This document shows positions 38,407-47,586 of a DNA stretch of 64,000 bases, piece after piece; position 1 is the stretch's first letter; every line of letters begins with the position of its first letter. The notes below the pieces were generated by a model. The model was not told where the DNA came from. It searched no databases and saw only the letters and a list, made by a program, of their open reading frames with translations. A program made the position numbers and the translations under genes. Source of the stretch: Kutzneria sp. (GTDB lineage Bacteria > Actinomycetota > Actinomycetes > Mycobacteriales > Pseudonocardiaceae); NCBI GenBank assembly GCA_036403095.1, contig DASWRQ010000080.1:29073-93072 (forward strand). The letters are read 5' to 3'.

Positions 38407-39483
38407 GTGACGAGCACGATCGGAGTCGAGGAGGAATTCCTCCTCATCGACCGGGCCGGCATCACGACGCCGCTGGCGGCCGAGGTGTTGGCGCGGTGCA
38501 CCGGACCGCTGCCGGCCGGGATGACAGTGCAACGGGAGTTGCGCGACACCCAGGTGGAAGTGGCTACCGGCGTGTGCACCAGCGCGGCCGACCTGCGGGA
38601 CCAACTCGCGGCCGGCCGCCGGGCCCTGGCCCGTGCCGCCACCCGGGTGGACGCCCGCGTGCTGGCCGCCGCCACGCCGGTGGTCGGCTCCGCGCCGCCG
38701 GAGAAGGCAGCGGACCCACGGTTCGGCCGGGTCGACGAACTCTACGAGGACATCGCGGCCGACTACGAGGCCTGCGGTTGTCACGTGCACGTCGGCGTGC
38801 CGGACAAGGACACCGCGGTGGCGGTGGTCAACCACGTGGGCCGGTGGCTGCCGACCTTGTTGGCGCTGTCGGTGAACTCCCCGTTCCACAATGGACAGGA
38901 CCGTGGCTACGGGAGCTGGCGGATCGTGCAGCAGTCGCGGTTCCCGGGCTCCGGCATCGCGCCCTGGTGCGGCGACCACGCCCGGTGGCAGCAGGAGGTC
39001 TCACGCCTGGTGGACTGCGGGGTTCTGGTCGACGAGAAGCAGACCTTCTGGTTCGCCCGGCCGTCGCCGCGATGGCCGACGGTGGAGTTCCGCGTCGCCG
39101 ACACCGCGGCCACGGTGGACGATGCCATGTTGCAGGCGTTGCTGTGTCGGGCGCTGGTGAACACCGCCCTGAGCCAGCTGGATCGCGGGGTCGAGGCGCT
39201 GCCGGCCCAGACCGCCGCCGCGGCCGTGTGGACGGCATCCCGGTACGGAATGGACGGTCCGGCCGTCGATCCGGTGCTGGGCAAGCAGATCCCGGCCTCG
39301 GCCATGGTGGCGAGCCTGGTCGACCACGTCCGGGACGCGCTGGTCGACGCCGGCGATCTCGCCGAGGTGCACCGGTTGCTGCGGGACCGCGCGACCGGCG
39401 CCACCCGCCAGCGGCTGCTGGCCGCGGTCGGCCTTGCCGCCGTCGTCCGGCAGCTTTCCTTGGGAGGGAAAGATGATTGCTAG
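38407..39483 (+). CDS. YbdK/GCS2 carboxylate-amine ligase, copy 2
   Basis: GVEEEFLL, QVEVAT, CGCHVHVG, NSP, PTVEFRVAD; promoter GGTT-N16-GGGTAT at 38372-38397. Confidence 0.9.
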   Translation: MTSTIGVEEEFLLIDRAGITTPLAAEVLARCTGPLPAGMTVQRELRDTQVEVATGVCTSAADLRDQLAAGRRALARAATRVDARVLAAATPVVGSAPPEKAADPRFGRVDELYEDIAADYEACGCHVHVGVPDKDTAVAVVNHVGRWLPTLLALSVNSPFHNGQDRGYGSWRIVQQSRFPGSGIAPWCGDHARWQQEVSRLVDCGVLVDEKQTFWFARPSPRWPTVEFRVADTAATVDDAMLQALLCRALVNTALSQLDRGVEALPAQTAAAAVWTASRYGMDGPAVDPVLGKQIPASAMVASLVDHVRDALVDAGDLAEVHRLLRDRATGATRQRLLAAVGLAAVVRQLSLGGKDDC

Positions 39484-40450
39484 GGGACCGCTGTCCGACG
39501 AGGTCATCGGCGTGCTGCGCCGGCCCGTCGGCTCGGTGCGGCCGTCGGGCCCGGTCGACGACGCCGATCCGTTCGGCGAGGACCTCCAGCTCGCCCTGCA
39601 CCTGTGCTACGAGCTGCACTACCAGGGCCTTCCCGAGGTCGACCCGGCATGGGAGTGGGATCCGGACCTGTTGCGGCTACGCGGTCGCATGGAACGCGTG
39701 TTCGAGAACGCCCTGCACGCCGCGGTTGCCGGCGGCGACGACGTGACCGCCGAGATCGACGAGCTGCTCGTCGAACACGTGCCCGGCAGCGGGCTCAGCC
39801 ACTTCCTGCGGGACGACGGCGAATGGTGGCAGCTGCGGGAGTTCTTCGTGCACCGCTCGATCTACCACCTCAAGGAGGCCGACCCGCACGCGTGGGTGAT
39901 TCCCCGGCTGCGCGGCCGGGCCAAGGCCGCGCTCGTGGCCGTCGAGTTCGACGAGTTCGGCGGCGGCCGGGCCGAGCGCGTGCATGCCCAGCTGTACGCC
40001 GATCTCCTTGACGCCGCCGGGCTTTCCGCCGAATACCTGCACTACCTCGACGACGTGCCGGCCTGCTCGCTGGCCACCGTCAACATGATGTCCCTGTTCG
40101 GGTTGCACCGCCGGCTGCGTGGCGCCCTGGTCGGCCACTTCGCCGCCGCCGAGATCAGCACCGGGCCCAGTGCCCAGCGTATGGAGCAGGCGTTGATCCG
40201 GCTGGGCGCCCCCGACGCCTGTCGGCTGTTCTACACCGAGCACATCGAGGCCGACGCTGTGCACGAGCAGGTGCTGCGCCACGACGTCATCGGCGACCTG
40301 CTCGCACGGGAGCCGGAACTGGCCGGGGACATCGTGTTCGGCGTCCAGGCCACCGAGTTGCTGGAGCAGCACCTGGCCGACCACCTGCTGTCCGCATGGC
40401 GGGCCGACCGGTCCTCCCTGCGTCAGGAGTCGCGAACCCTCTTGCGGTGA
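39473..40450 (+). CDS. Iron-containing redox enzyme (haem-oxygenase-like dimetal oxidase fold)
   Basis: CYELHY, HRSIYHLKEADPH, DEFGGG...HAQLY, GHFAAAE, EHIEADAVHE. Confidence 0.87.
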   Translation: MIARGPLSDEVIGVLRRPVGSVRPSGPVDDADPFGEDLQLALHLCYELHYQGLPEVDPAWEWDPDLLRLRGRMERVFENALHAAVAGGDDVTAEIDELLVEHVPGSGLSHFLRDDGEWWQLREFFVHRSIYHLKEADPHAWVIPRLRGRAKAALVAVEFDEFGGGRAERVHAQLYADLLDAAGLSAEYLHYLDDVPACSLATVNMMSLFGLHRRLRGALVGHFAAAEISTGPSAQRMEQALIRLGAPDACRLFYTEHIEADAVHEQVLRHDVIGDLLAREPELAGDIVFGVQATELLEQHLADHLLSAWRADRSSLRQESRTLLR

Positions 40451-40623
40451 CTGGTGTCGCAGAACGGGTAGCGCTTGCTGCGCCGGCAGGCGCACACCGC
40501 GACGACGAAGCGGTCCGAGCGGGCCGTGCTGCCGTCCGGCAACACGATCTCGACCGGCCCGTCCACCAGGACGGGTCCGGTCGGCTCCACGACCACGCGG
40601 CGGTGCTCACGGTCGGTCGGCAC
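40423..40623 (-). CDS. CDGSH iron-sulfur domain protein
   Basis: GPVLVDG...CACRRSKRYPFCDTSH. Confidence 0.88.
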   Translation of the reverse strand: MPTDREHRRVVVEPTGPVLVDGPVEIVLPDGSTARSDRFVVAVCACRRSKRYPFCDTSHRKRVRDS

Positions 40624-41296
40624 GGATCACCACCAGGTCCTCGTGCCGCTGGCCGCGCTCGACGAGACCGGCCTGCTCAAGGAACTCCGTCCGGCTCCAC
40701 ATCACCGGTCCGAACGGGATCGTGCTGCGAGACACCACCTCGGCCGCCAGGCCGCCGTCGCGCAGCTGCCGCAGCGACTTGTCCGCATCGGACAGTGCTG
40801 AGTGGACCATCAGCAGGAACCCGCCCGGCTTCACCAGCCGCGGCATCGACCGGCAGATCGGATCCAGCAGCGCCCGGCCGTCCGGCCCCGCGTTCCAGGC
40901 CCTCCGCCGTCCCCGCGTCGCCGTCCCCGGCGGACACGGCACGTACGGCGGATTCGCCAGCACCACGTCGAACGACGCCGCCGCCGGCAACGCCAGCATC
41001 GAGCCCCGCAGCGCCCGGATCCGCTGGCCGTTCAACCAGGCGTTCAGCCGCGCCGACAACACCGCCCGCCGGGACACGTCGATCGCCACCACGTCCTCGG
41101 CCCCCAGCATGGACGCCGTGATCGCCAGCGCCCCCGTCCCCGTGCAGATGTCCAGCACCTTCGCACCCGGCGGAATGCCGGCCGCCGCCGCGGCCTCGGC
41201 CAGCAGCCAGGTGTCCGACTGCGGCCGGTACACGCCCGGCGACCGCAATAGCCGCACCGCCGGCAGGGCCAGAGCCCGCTCCTCAAACGTGGTCAC
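40607..41296 (-). CDS. HemK2/MTQ2-like SAM methyltransferase
   Basis: GVYRPQSDT, LDICTGTG, NPPY; promoter GTTT-N15-GGTTAT at 41306-41330. Confidence 0.9.
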   Translation of the reverse strand: MTTFEERALALPAVRLLRSPGVYRPQSDTWLLAEAAAAAGIPPGAKVLDICTGTGALAITASMLGAEDVVAIDVSRRAVLSARLNAWLNGQRIRALRGSMLALPAAASFDVVLANPPYVPCPPGTATRGRRRAWNAGPDGRALLDPICRSMPRLVKPGGFLLMVHSALSDADKSLRQLRDGGLAAEVVSRSTIPFGPVMWSRTEFLEQAGLVERGQRHEDLVVIRADRP

Positions 41297-41342
41297 GCCA
41301 CCGGAATAACCCGCCACCAACAGTCCAAACCAGATTCCCCAA

Positions 41343-41460
41343 CCCCCGCGAGTCACGCTCTGGGACCCACCGAATGTAGGTTTCGGGCAGAACTGAGCCT
41401 CAGGTCTCGGATCTGCCCGAAACTGTGTTTCGGTGTGTCTGAGAGCGTGACTCGCGGGGG
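41343..41460. repeat. 118-bp imperfect palindrome (REP/MITE-like element)
   Basis: Perfect 19-bp terminal arms (cccccgcgagtcacgctct) with inner arms caccgaa and gtttcgggcaga. Confidence 0.75.
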
Positions 41461-41462
41461 GC

Positions 41463-42440
41463 TCAGGTGTCGAAGGGGATGCGGGAGAGGAGGCGGGACA
41501 CGGAGCGTTCGACGCGGTCCAGGTCGGTGGTGGGGCGGATGGTGATGTCCTGCTCGAAGGCGCGGACGACCCGGGGATCCACATAGGACTTGCGGGCGAT
41601 GGCCGGTGTGTTGCCGAGGTGGTGGGCGACCTGCTTGAACATCTCGCGGACGGCGGTGCGCTTGCTGCCCTGGCCCTTGCGGCCGGCGAGGATGACGGCG
41701 GCCAGCACGGTGGCGTTCCAGGTGCGCAGGTCCTTGACGGTGAACTCGTCGCCGACCAGCTCGTGCAGGCGCTCGTTGACGTCCTGGGAGTCGAGGGGAC
41801 GCCAGTCCTTGCCGTTGCGGTGCATCAACAGTCGGTCATTGCCGGTTCGGGAGCGCTTCAAGCTCAGCACGGCCTTGGCCAGCTCGGGGTCCTCCAGGGT
41901 GACGCGGCGTTCCTTCTTGCCCTTGGCCAGAAAGCAGAACTCCAGGCAGTTGCGGCGGACCGCGACGTGGGAGCGGAGCAGCGTGGACACGCCGTAGGTG
42001 CCGTTGGACTCGACGTACTCGTCGTTGCCGATGCGGAACACGCCCTGCTCCAGCATGCGCAGGGCGACGGCGGTGACGCGCTGACGGGCCAGGCCGTCGG
42101 CGTCGAGATCGGTGGCGACCTGCTGGCGCAGGGCCGGCAGCTTCGAGGAGAGCCGGCGGACGCGCTCGAACTTCTGCCGGTCCCGGTCCTCCCGCCACTG
42201 GGCGTGGTAGAGGTACTGCTTGCGGCCGGCGTCGTCGGTGCCGGTGGCCTGGATGTGCCCGTTGGGCCACGGACAGATCCACACGTCCCGCCAGGCGGGC
42301 GGAATGGCCAGCGCGCGGATCCGGTCGAGGGTCTCGGCATCGGTCACCGGCGAGCCGTCGTAGTGCTGGTAGCCGAACCCGCGGCCACGGCGCCGCCGGG
42401 TGATGCACTCGCCGGTCAACCGGCTCCGTCTCAACCGCAT
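41463..42440 (-). CDS. DNA topoisomerase IB
   Basis: IPPAWRDVWI, GRKQYLYH, FRIGN, KDLRTW, LGNTPAIARKSY (catalytic Tyr); promoter GGTT-N15-GGGTAT at 42450-42474. Confidence 0.93.
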   Translation of the reverse strand: MRLRRSRLTGECITRRRRGRGFGYQHYDGSPVTDAETLDRIRALAIPPAWRDVWICPWPNGHIQATGTDDAGRKQYLYHAQWREDRDRQKFERVRRLSSKLPALRQQVATDLDADGLARQRVTAVALRMLEQGVFRIGNDEYVESNGTYGVSTLLRSHVAVRRNCLEFCFLAKGKKERRVTLEDPELAKAVLSLKRSRTGNDRLLMHRNGKDWRPLDSQDVNERLHELVGDEFTVKDLRTWNATVLAAVILAGRKGQGSKRTAVREMFKQVAHHLGNTPAIARKSYVDPRVVRAFEQDITIRPTTDLDRVERSVSRLLSRIPFDT

Positions 42441-42462
42441 GGCGGCGGGATACCCGTTCTGC

Positions 42463-43641
42463 TCAGGGGGAACCGAGCGTCAAGCGATGTTGCTGGTCGC
42501 CGCGCCACTCCAGCAGCAGCGCGGTCGCGTCGTCCTGCAGCCGGCTGCGCTGGTGCGCGAGCACGGCACGCATCAGCCGGCGTAGCGTCTCCGGTGCCGG
42601 AAGGCCGTCCGCGGCGCCGCGGGCGACCAGGTCGGTGAACCGCTGCAGCCCGAACTCGCGGCCCAGCTCGTCCCGCGCCTCGGTGATGCCGTCGGTGTAG
42701 AACAGCACGCGGTCGCCCGGCTCCAGCTGGTAGCGGCACTCGGTCGCGGCAATGCCCAGGGCGAAGCCCATCGGCGGCGCGGGCGGGCAGCGCAGCGTGG
42801 TCAGCCACCGGCCCTGCCGGATCAGCAGCGGCGGCGGGTGGCCGCGATTGACCCACGTGAGCAGGCCGGTCGACGGCTGCATCTTGGCCAGCACGCCGGT
42901 GGCGAACCGCTTGCGGTCGAACTGCCGGGCGATGGCGTCGTCGATCGCGTCCCCGATCTCCGGCAACCGGGCGCCGCGCCGCCGTGTGTTGCGGCACGCG
43001 CCGGTCGCGACGGCGACGGTCAGGCCCGCGGACTGGTCGTGCCCCATCGCGTCGAAGACGGACAGGTGCAGCAGGTCCGGCGACATCGCGTAGTCCACCG
43101 CGTCGCCGCCGATCTCGTAGGCCGGTTCGAGGACCGCCGTCACGGCGACGTCCTTGGTGGCGAAGGTCAGCGGGGGCATCAGCGGCCAGATGACCTCCGA
43201 CGGCAGCGACATCGGCCGGGCCCGCACCAGTTCCGCGTAGCTGTCGCTGTGCGGACGCTTGCTGACGATCAACAGGGCCGCCAACGAGGCCAGGGCCCGC
43301 AGGCCGGTGGCCGTGTCGGTGCTCCCGACCGACGCGCCGAGCACGCCGATCCGCTCGGTGCCGTCCAGCATCGGCACCCACAGGGTGGACTGGCTGGCGA
43401 CCACCTCCACCTTCCGGAACGCCCAGCCCGCCGCCGTGGTGTCGACCGCCAGTTGCTGCTCGGTGTCGTCCAACCGGACAAGCCGTTCCTCACGGATGTC
43501 CGCGAGGTAGGCCACGACGTCCTTGAGACCGGCCGCCGCCCCGTGTCGCGCGACGAGGCCGGCGAGGTCGTCGAAGGTGGCCAGGTGGCTCGCCTCCAAC
43601 AGCCCGGCCAACATCCGTGCCACGGAACCCGGTTCAGCCAT
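42463..43641 (-). CDS. SpoIIE/RsbU-like PP2C phosphatase
   Basis: YEIGGDAVD, FDAMGH, NRGHPPP, YTDGITE, DDAT. Confidence 0.9.
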   Translation of the reverse strand: MAEPGSVARMLAGLLEASHLATFDDLAGLVARHGAAAGLKDVVAYLADIREERLVRLDDTEQQLAVDTTAAGWAFRKVEVVASQSTLWVPMLDGTERIGVLGASVGSTDTATGLRALASLAALLIVSKRPHSDSYAELVRARPMSLPSEVIWPLMPPLTFATKDVAVTAVLEPAYEIGGDAVDYAMSPDLLHLSVFDAMGHDQSAGLTVAVATGACRNTRRRGARLPEIGDAIDDAIARQFDRKRFATGVLAKMQPSTGLLTWVNRGHPPPLLIRQGRWLTTLRCPPAPPMGFALGIAATECRYQLEPGDRVLFYTDGITEARDELGREFGLQRFTDLVARGAADGLPAPETLRRLMRAVLAHQRSRLQDDATALLLEWRGDQQHRLTLGSP

Positions 43642-43649
43642 GCGAACGG

Positions 43650-43704
43650 CTACCCGTGTCCCTCGATCGCTAACCGGGCGGTTGTCGGCAGGGCAACCGG
43701 GTAT
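43650..43704. promoter_or_regulatory. Back-to-back SigB/SigF-type promoters (PP2C / hypothetical-MBL unit)
   Basis: Minus GGTT-N16-GGGTAG; plus GGTT-N15-GGGTAT. Confidence 0.72.
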
Positions 43705-43714
43705 CCGCCGTCCC

Positions 43715-44062
43715 ATGGCGACCAACGAACTCCCGCTGCCGGACTACGACCACCTGCCGTTTTCCTCCTTACAGCACCGGATCCGCAGCCTCGGCGAGGA
43801 CGAACTCACCGCGCTGCGCGGGTACGAGAACGAACACGCCCAGCGCGTCGCCGTGCTGGAGATGATCGATGCGCGGGTCGACGCGCTCCGGCAAGGCGCA
43901 CAGCCCTCCGGCGGTGACCCCACGGCGCGGCGACCGGAGCAATCGCCGGGCGTCGACGCCGGTCCTTCGGTCACCGCCCAGACCGCCGCCCCGCCCGTCG
44001 GGCCGCCACCGCACGGCAATCCCGCGCAGCCGGCCCGGCCGAAGGCCGACCGGCACGCGTGA
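43715..44062 (+). CDS. Conserved hypothetical protein
   Basis: LPLPDYDHL...RIRSL...YENEHAQRVAVL. Confidence 0.75.
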   Translation: MATNELPLPDYDHLPFSSLQHRIRSLGEDELTALRGYENEHAQRVAVLEMIDARVDALRQGAQPSGGDPTARRPEQSPGVDAGPSVTAQTAAPPVGPPPHGNPAQPARPKADRHA

Positions 44063-44063
44063 C

Positions 44064-44864
44064 ATGGCCGCCTGCTCGATCACCTTCATCGGCACCGCGA
44101 CCACCCTGCTGCGGCTGGACGAGTTCACCGTGCTCACCGACCCGAACTTCCTGCACCGGGGCCAGTGGGCCTACCTCGGCAAGGGGCTGGTCAGCCGGCG
44201 GCGCACCGAGCCGGCCCTCCAGGTCCACGAGTTGCCGCCGCTGGACGCCGTTGTGCTCTCCCACCTGCACGGCGACCACTTCGACCGGACGGCCCGCCGC
44301 GGCCTGGACCGCGCGACGCCGGTCGTCACGACCCCGAAGGCCGCGCGCCGACTGCACAGCTTCGGGTTCGGCGAGGCCGTCGGCCTGCACACGTGGGAGC
44401 AGCGCGAACTGCGCAGCGGGCCGGCCTCGCTGCTGCTGACGTCGCTGCCCGGCCGGCACTCGTTCGGCCTGGTCGGCGGCCTGATGCCGCCGGTCATGGG
44501 CACCTTGCTGGAATACCGCTCGCATGCCGGGGCACGGCCGCTGCGGATCTATCTGACCGGCGACACCCTCATGTACGACGGGCTCCGCGAGATCGGCCGG
44601 CAGTTCCCCGAGATCGACCTGGCCGTGGTCCATCTCGGCGGCACCAGGGTGCTCGGCGCGTTGGTGAGCATGGACGGCCACCAGGGTCGTGACCTGCTGG
44701 CCATGCTGGGGCCGCGGCACGCCGTGCCGGTCCACTACGACGACTACGGGGTGTTCAAGACGCCGCTGTCGCAGTTCCGCGACGTCATGGCGGCGAGCGG
44801 CCTGTCGACCTCGGTGCACTACCTGGAGCGGGGCCAGACCCATCAGATCAGCACCGTCCACTGA
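44064..44864 (+). CDS. MBL-fold metallo-hydrolase
   Basis: LTDPNF, SHLHGDHFD, GDT, VHYDDY. Confidence 0.9.
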   Translation: MAACSITFIGTATTLLRLDEFTVLTDPNFLHRGQWAYLGKGLVSRRRTEPALQVHELPPLDAVVLSHLHGDHFDRTARRGLDRATPVVTTPKAARRLHSFGFGEAVGLHTWEQRELRSGPASLLLTSLPGRHSFGLVGGLMPPVMGTLLEYRSHAGARPLRIYLTGDTLMYDGLREIGRQFPEIDLAVVHLGGTRVLGALVSMDGHQGRDLLAMLGPRHAVPVHYDDYGVFKTPLSQFRDVMAASGLSTSVHYLERGQTHQISTVH

Positions 44865-44882
44865 AGGCACCGTCCACTGAAG
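44851..44882. repeat. Perfect 16-bp tandem duplication spanning the MBL stop codon
   Basis: gcaccgtccactgaag x2. Confidence 0.85.
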
Positions 44883-44895
44883 AAAGGCAACGGGC

Positions 44896-45318
44896 ATGAG
44901 AACAGCAGCCAAGGCGGGCATCCTCGCCGGCGTCGGCGCGGCGGCGATCGCGCTGGGACGACGTCTCCAGGCCGCGAACGACAGCCGTGACGACCACTGG
45001 CTGGCCGTGACGGTCAACTGCTCGCCCGACCAGCTCACCCCGCCGGAGTCGCTGCCGGAACCGTTGGCCCGGCTGCGTGATCGCGTCGAGCTGCGGGTCC
45101 GGCCGGCCGCCGGCGACAAGGGCACGGAACTGCTCGCCCGGCCGACCGACGAGAGCCTGTCGCGGCCGGACCTGAGGGTGGCGTTACGGCAGGCGAAGTC
45201 CCTGATCGAGACGGGACTCGTGATCCATCCCGACTCGCCGGGCTCGGCGCATCCGGGACCGGCCGGGCGGCTGCTCGGCGCGGTCGTGGGCCGGGCGCAG
45301 AAGGAGGGCCGGCTGTGA
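44896..45318 (+). CDS. Hypothetical protein, reduced SRPBCC-like
   Basis: AVTVN...RPAAGDKGTEL...LRQAKSLIETG; coupled to the ADH gene. Confidence 0.7.
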   Translation: MRTAAKAGILAGVGAAAIALGRRLQAANDSRDDHWLAVTVNCSPDQLTPPESLPEPLARLRDRVELRVRPAAGDKGTELLARPTDESLSRPDLRVALRQAKSLIETGLVIHPDSPGSAHPGPAGRLLGAVVGRAQKEGRL

Positions 45319-46484
45319 GGGCGCTGTGCTGGGAGGGCATCAACGACGTTCGGGTGCAGAACGTGCCCGACGCGCGCATCCAGGACGCCGAGGACCTGGT
45401 GCTGCGGGTGGGACTGAGCACCGTGTGCGGCTCGGACCTGCACCTGTTGACCGGGCACATCCCGTTCATGCAGGCCGGTGACGTGATCGGCCACGAGTTC
45501 ATGGGCGAGGTCGTCGAGGTGGGGCCCGGCGTGACCCGGCACAAGCCGGGCGACCGGGTGGTGGTCTGCTCGTTCATCGGCTGCGGCCGGTGCTGGTACT
45601 GCCAGCACGACCTGTGGTCGCTGTGCGACAACACCAACACCAATCCGGGCATCACGCAGGCGCTGTGGGGCGCCGACCCGGGCGGCATCTTCGGCTACTC
45701 GCACGCCATGGGCGGCTTCCGCGGCAGCCACGCGGAGTACGTCCGGGTGCCGTTCGCCGACCACACCGCGATCCCGATCCCGGACGGCGTCGACGACCAG
45801 AGCGCGTTGTTCGCGTCGGACTCGGCGCCGACCGGCTGGATGGGCGCGGACCTCGGCGGCGTGCGGCCCGGTGACGTCGTCGCCGTGTGGGGGAGCGGCG
45901 CGGTGGGGCAGATGGCCGCCCGGTCCGCCCAGCTGCTCGGTGCCGAGCGGGTCTTCGTGATCGACCGGTTCGACTACCGGTTGCGCCAGGCCGAACGGGT
46001 CTTCGGCGCGGAGACGCTGAACTACGAGGCCGTCGACATCGGCGCGGCGCTGCGCGAGGAGACCGGCGGGCGCGGGCCGGACGTGTGCATCGAGGCTGTG
46101 GGGTGCGAGGCGCACAGCGACGGCCCGCAGCACGTGTACGACCAGGTCAAGAGCAAGCTCAAGCTGGAGACCGACCGGCCGATCGCGGTGCGCGACGCCA
46201 TCCACAACTGCCGCAAGGGCGGCTCGGTGTTCGTGCTGGGCGTGTTCACCGGTTTCGTGGACAAGTTCCCGCTCGGCGCGCTGATGAACAAGGGACTGAC
46301 GCTGCGGGCCGCGCAGCAGCACGGCCAGCGCTACGTGCCGATGCTGCTCGACCGCATCGCCAAGGGCGAGTTGAGCACGAGTCACCTGGCCACCCACCTG
46401 CTGCCGCTGGAGGAGGGGGCGCTCGGGTACGAGATGTTCAAGAAGAAGACGGACGGCTGCGTGCGGGCGGTCTTCCGGCCGTGA
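45315..46484 (+). CDS. Zinc-dependent alcohol/formaldehyde dehydrogenase
   Basis: CGSDLH, GHEFMG, CGRCWYC...C, GSGAVG. Confidence 0.93.
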   Translation: MRALCWEGINDVRVQNVPDARIQDAEDLVLRVGLSTVCGSDLHLLTGHIPFMQAGDVIGHEFMGEVVEVGPGVTRHKPGDRVVVCSFIGCGRCWYCQHDLWSLCDNTNTNPGITQALWGADPGGIFGYSHAMGGFRGSHAEYVRVPFADHTAIPIPDGVDDQSALFASDSAPTGWMGADLGGVRPGDVVAVWGSGAVGQMAARSAQLLGAERVFVIDRFDYRLRQAERVFGAETLNYEAVDIGAALREETGGRGPDVCIEAVGCEAHSDGPQHVYDQVKSKLKLETDRPIAVRDAIHNCRKGGSVFVLGVFTGFVDKFPLGALMNKGLTLRAAQQHGQRYVPMLLDRIAKGELSTSHLATHLLPLEEGALGYEMFKKKTDGCVRAVFRP

Positions 46485-46488
46485 CCGG

Positions 46489-47586
46489 TCACGGGCAGGC
46501 CGGCGTGTCGCACGGCGCCGCGGCTTCGGCGAGCATCGTGACGACGTCCTCGGGCCGGCCGGCCCGGGCGTAGGCGGCGAGCTGCCGCGAGGCGCCGTCG
46601 CCGACGCGGCCGAGCAGGCGCGTCACGCGATCGACGAAGTCCCGGTCGTCGTCGTCCAACACCGGACGGACCTCGGCCACGAGCCGGTCGAGGGCGTGCA
46701 GTTGGGGCGGGCTGCCGCTGGGCGCGGCGCAGCGTCCGCGGAGCCCGTCCCGGGCCGAGCGCCAGAGGTCCGCGCGGATCACCTCCTGGGCAACGTCCGG
46801 CGCGCTGTCGTCGGTGCGCAGCGCTCGGGCGACCAGCCCTCGTACGAGCACGGCGATCAGCGCCGCCTCCTGGGCGGTGACGGTCACGTCGCAGACGCGG
46901 ACCTCCACGGTGGGATACGTCGGCGAGAGGCGGATGTCCCAGTACGCCATCGCCGGATCCAGCAACGCCCCGGCCCGGGTCATGGTGTCCAGCGTCGAGT
47001 CGTACTCCGCCGGCGACCGCAGGTAGGGCGGCGGACCGGCGGACGGCCAGTTCGACATCTGCATGTGCCGCCAGCTGGCGTAGCCGGTGTCCGCGCCGTC
47101 GCTGAGCGGGGAGTTCGCGCTGACCGCCAGCAACACCGGCAGCCACGGCCGCAGGTGGTTGAGCACGTGCAGGCCGGCCTCCCGGTCGGGCACGCCGACA
47201 TGCACGTGGCAGCCGCAGACGTTGGCCGACTTCATCAAACCGCGGAAGTGGCCGGCGATCCGGTGGTAGCGCCGTTCGGACGTCAGCGGCGGGGGAGAGG
47301 CCTCCGGCAGCGGCGGCGTGCCGCTGGCGATCAGCCGCAGGCCCCGTTCGCGGGCGGACGCCGACAACGTCTCGCGCAGCCGGCCCAGGTGGCCGAGCAG
47401 CTCGCCGACGCCGGTGCAGACCGGCGTCGCCGACTCCACCTGGCAGGCGATCATCTCGGGCTGCAGCTCATCGGTCTCGCCGCCGGAACCGGCCAGCACC
47501 GCGCGGCCGGCGGGTACGGGCCGGCCGGCCGCGTCGACCAGGAGAAACTCCTCCTCCACGCCGAAGGTCAGGCCGGAACCGGCCAC
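46489..47586 (-). CDS. YbdK/GCS2 carboxylate-amine ligase, copy 3
   Basis: GVEEEFLLVD, QVESAT, CGCHVHVG, ANSP, WDIRLS, PTVEVRVCD. Confidence 0.92.
   Translation of the reverse strand: MAGSGLTFGVEEEFLLVDAAGRPVPAGRAVLAGSGGETDELQPEMIACQVESATPVCTGVGELLGHLGRLRETLSASARERGLRLIASGTPPLPEASPPPLTSERRYHRIAGHFRGLMKSANVCGCHVHVGVPDREAGLHVLNHLRPWLPVLLAVSANSPLSDGADTGYASWRHMQMSNWPSAGPPPYLRSPAEYDSTLDTMTRAGALLDPAMAYWDIRLSPTYPTVEVRVCDVTVTAQEAALIAVLVRGLVARALRTDDSAPDVAQEVIRADLWRSARDGLRGRCAAPSGSPPQLHALDRLVAEVRPVLDDDDRDFVDRVTRLLGRVGDGASRQLAAYARAGRPEDVVTMLAEAAAPCDTPACP

Noticed and set aside
41463-42440. Tyrosine recombinase/integrase indicating a mobile island
   Set aside because: The motifs are those of topoisomerase IB; no att sites, tRNA, transposase or obvious compositional break seen.
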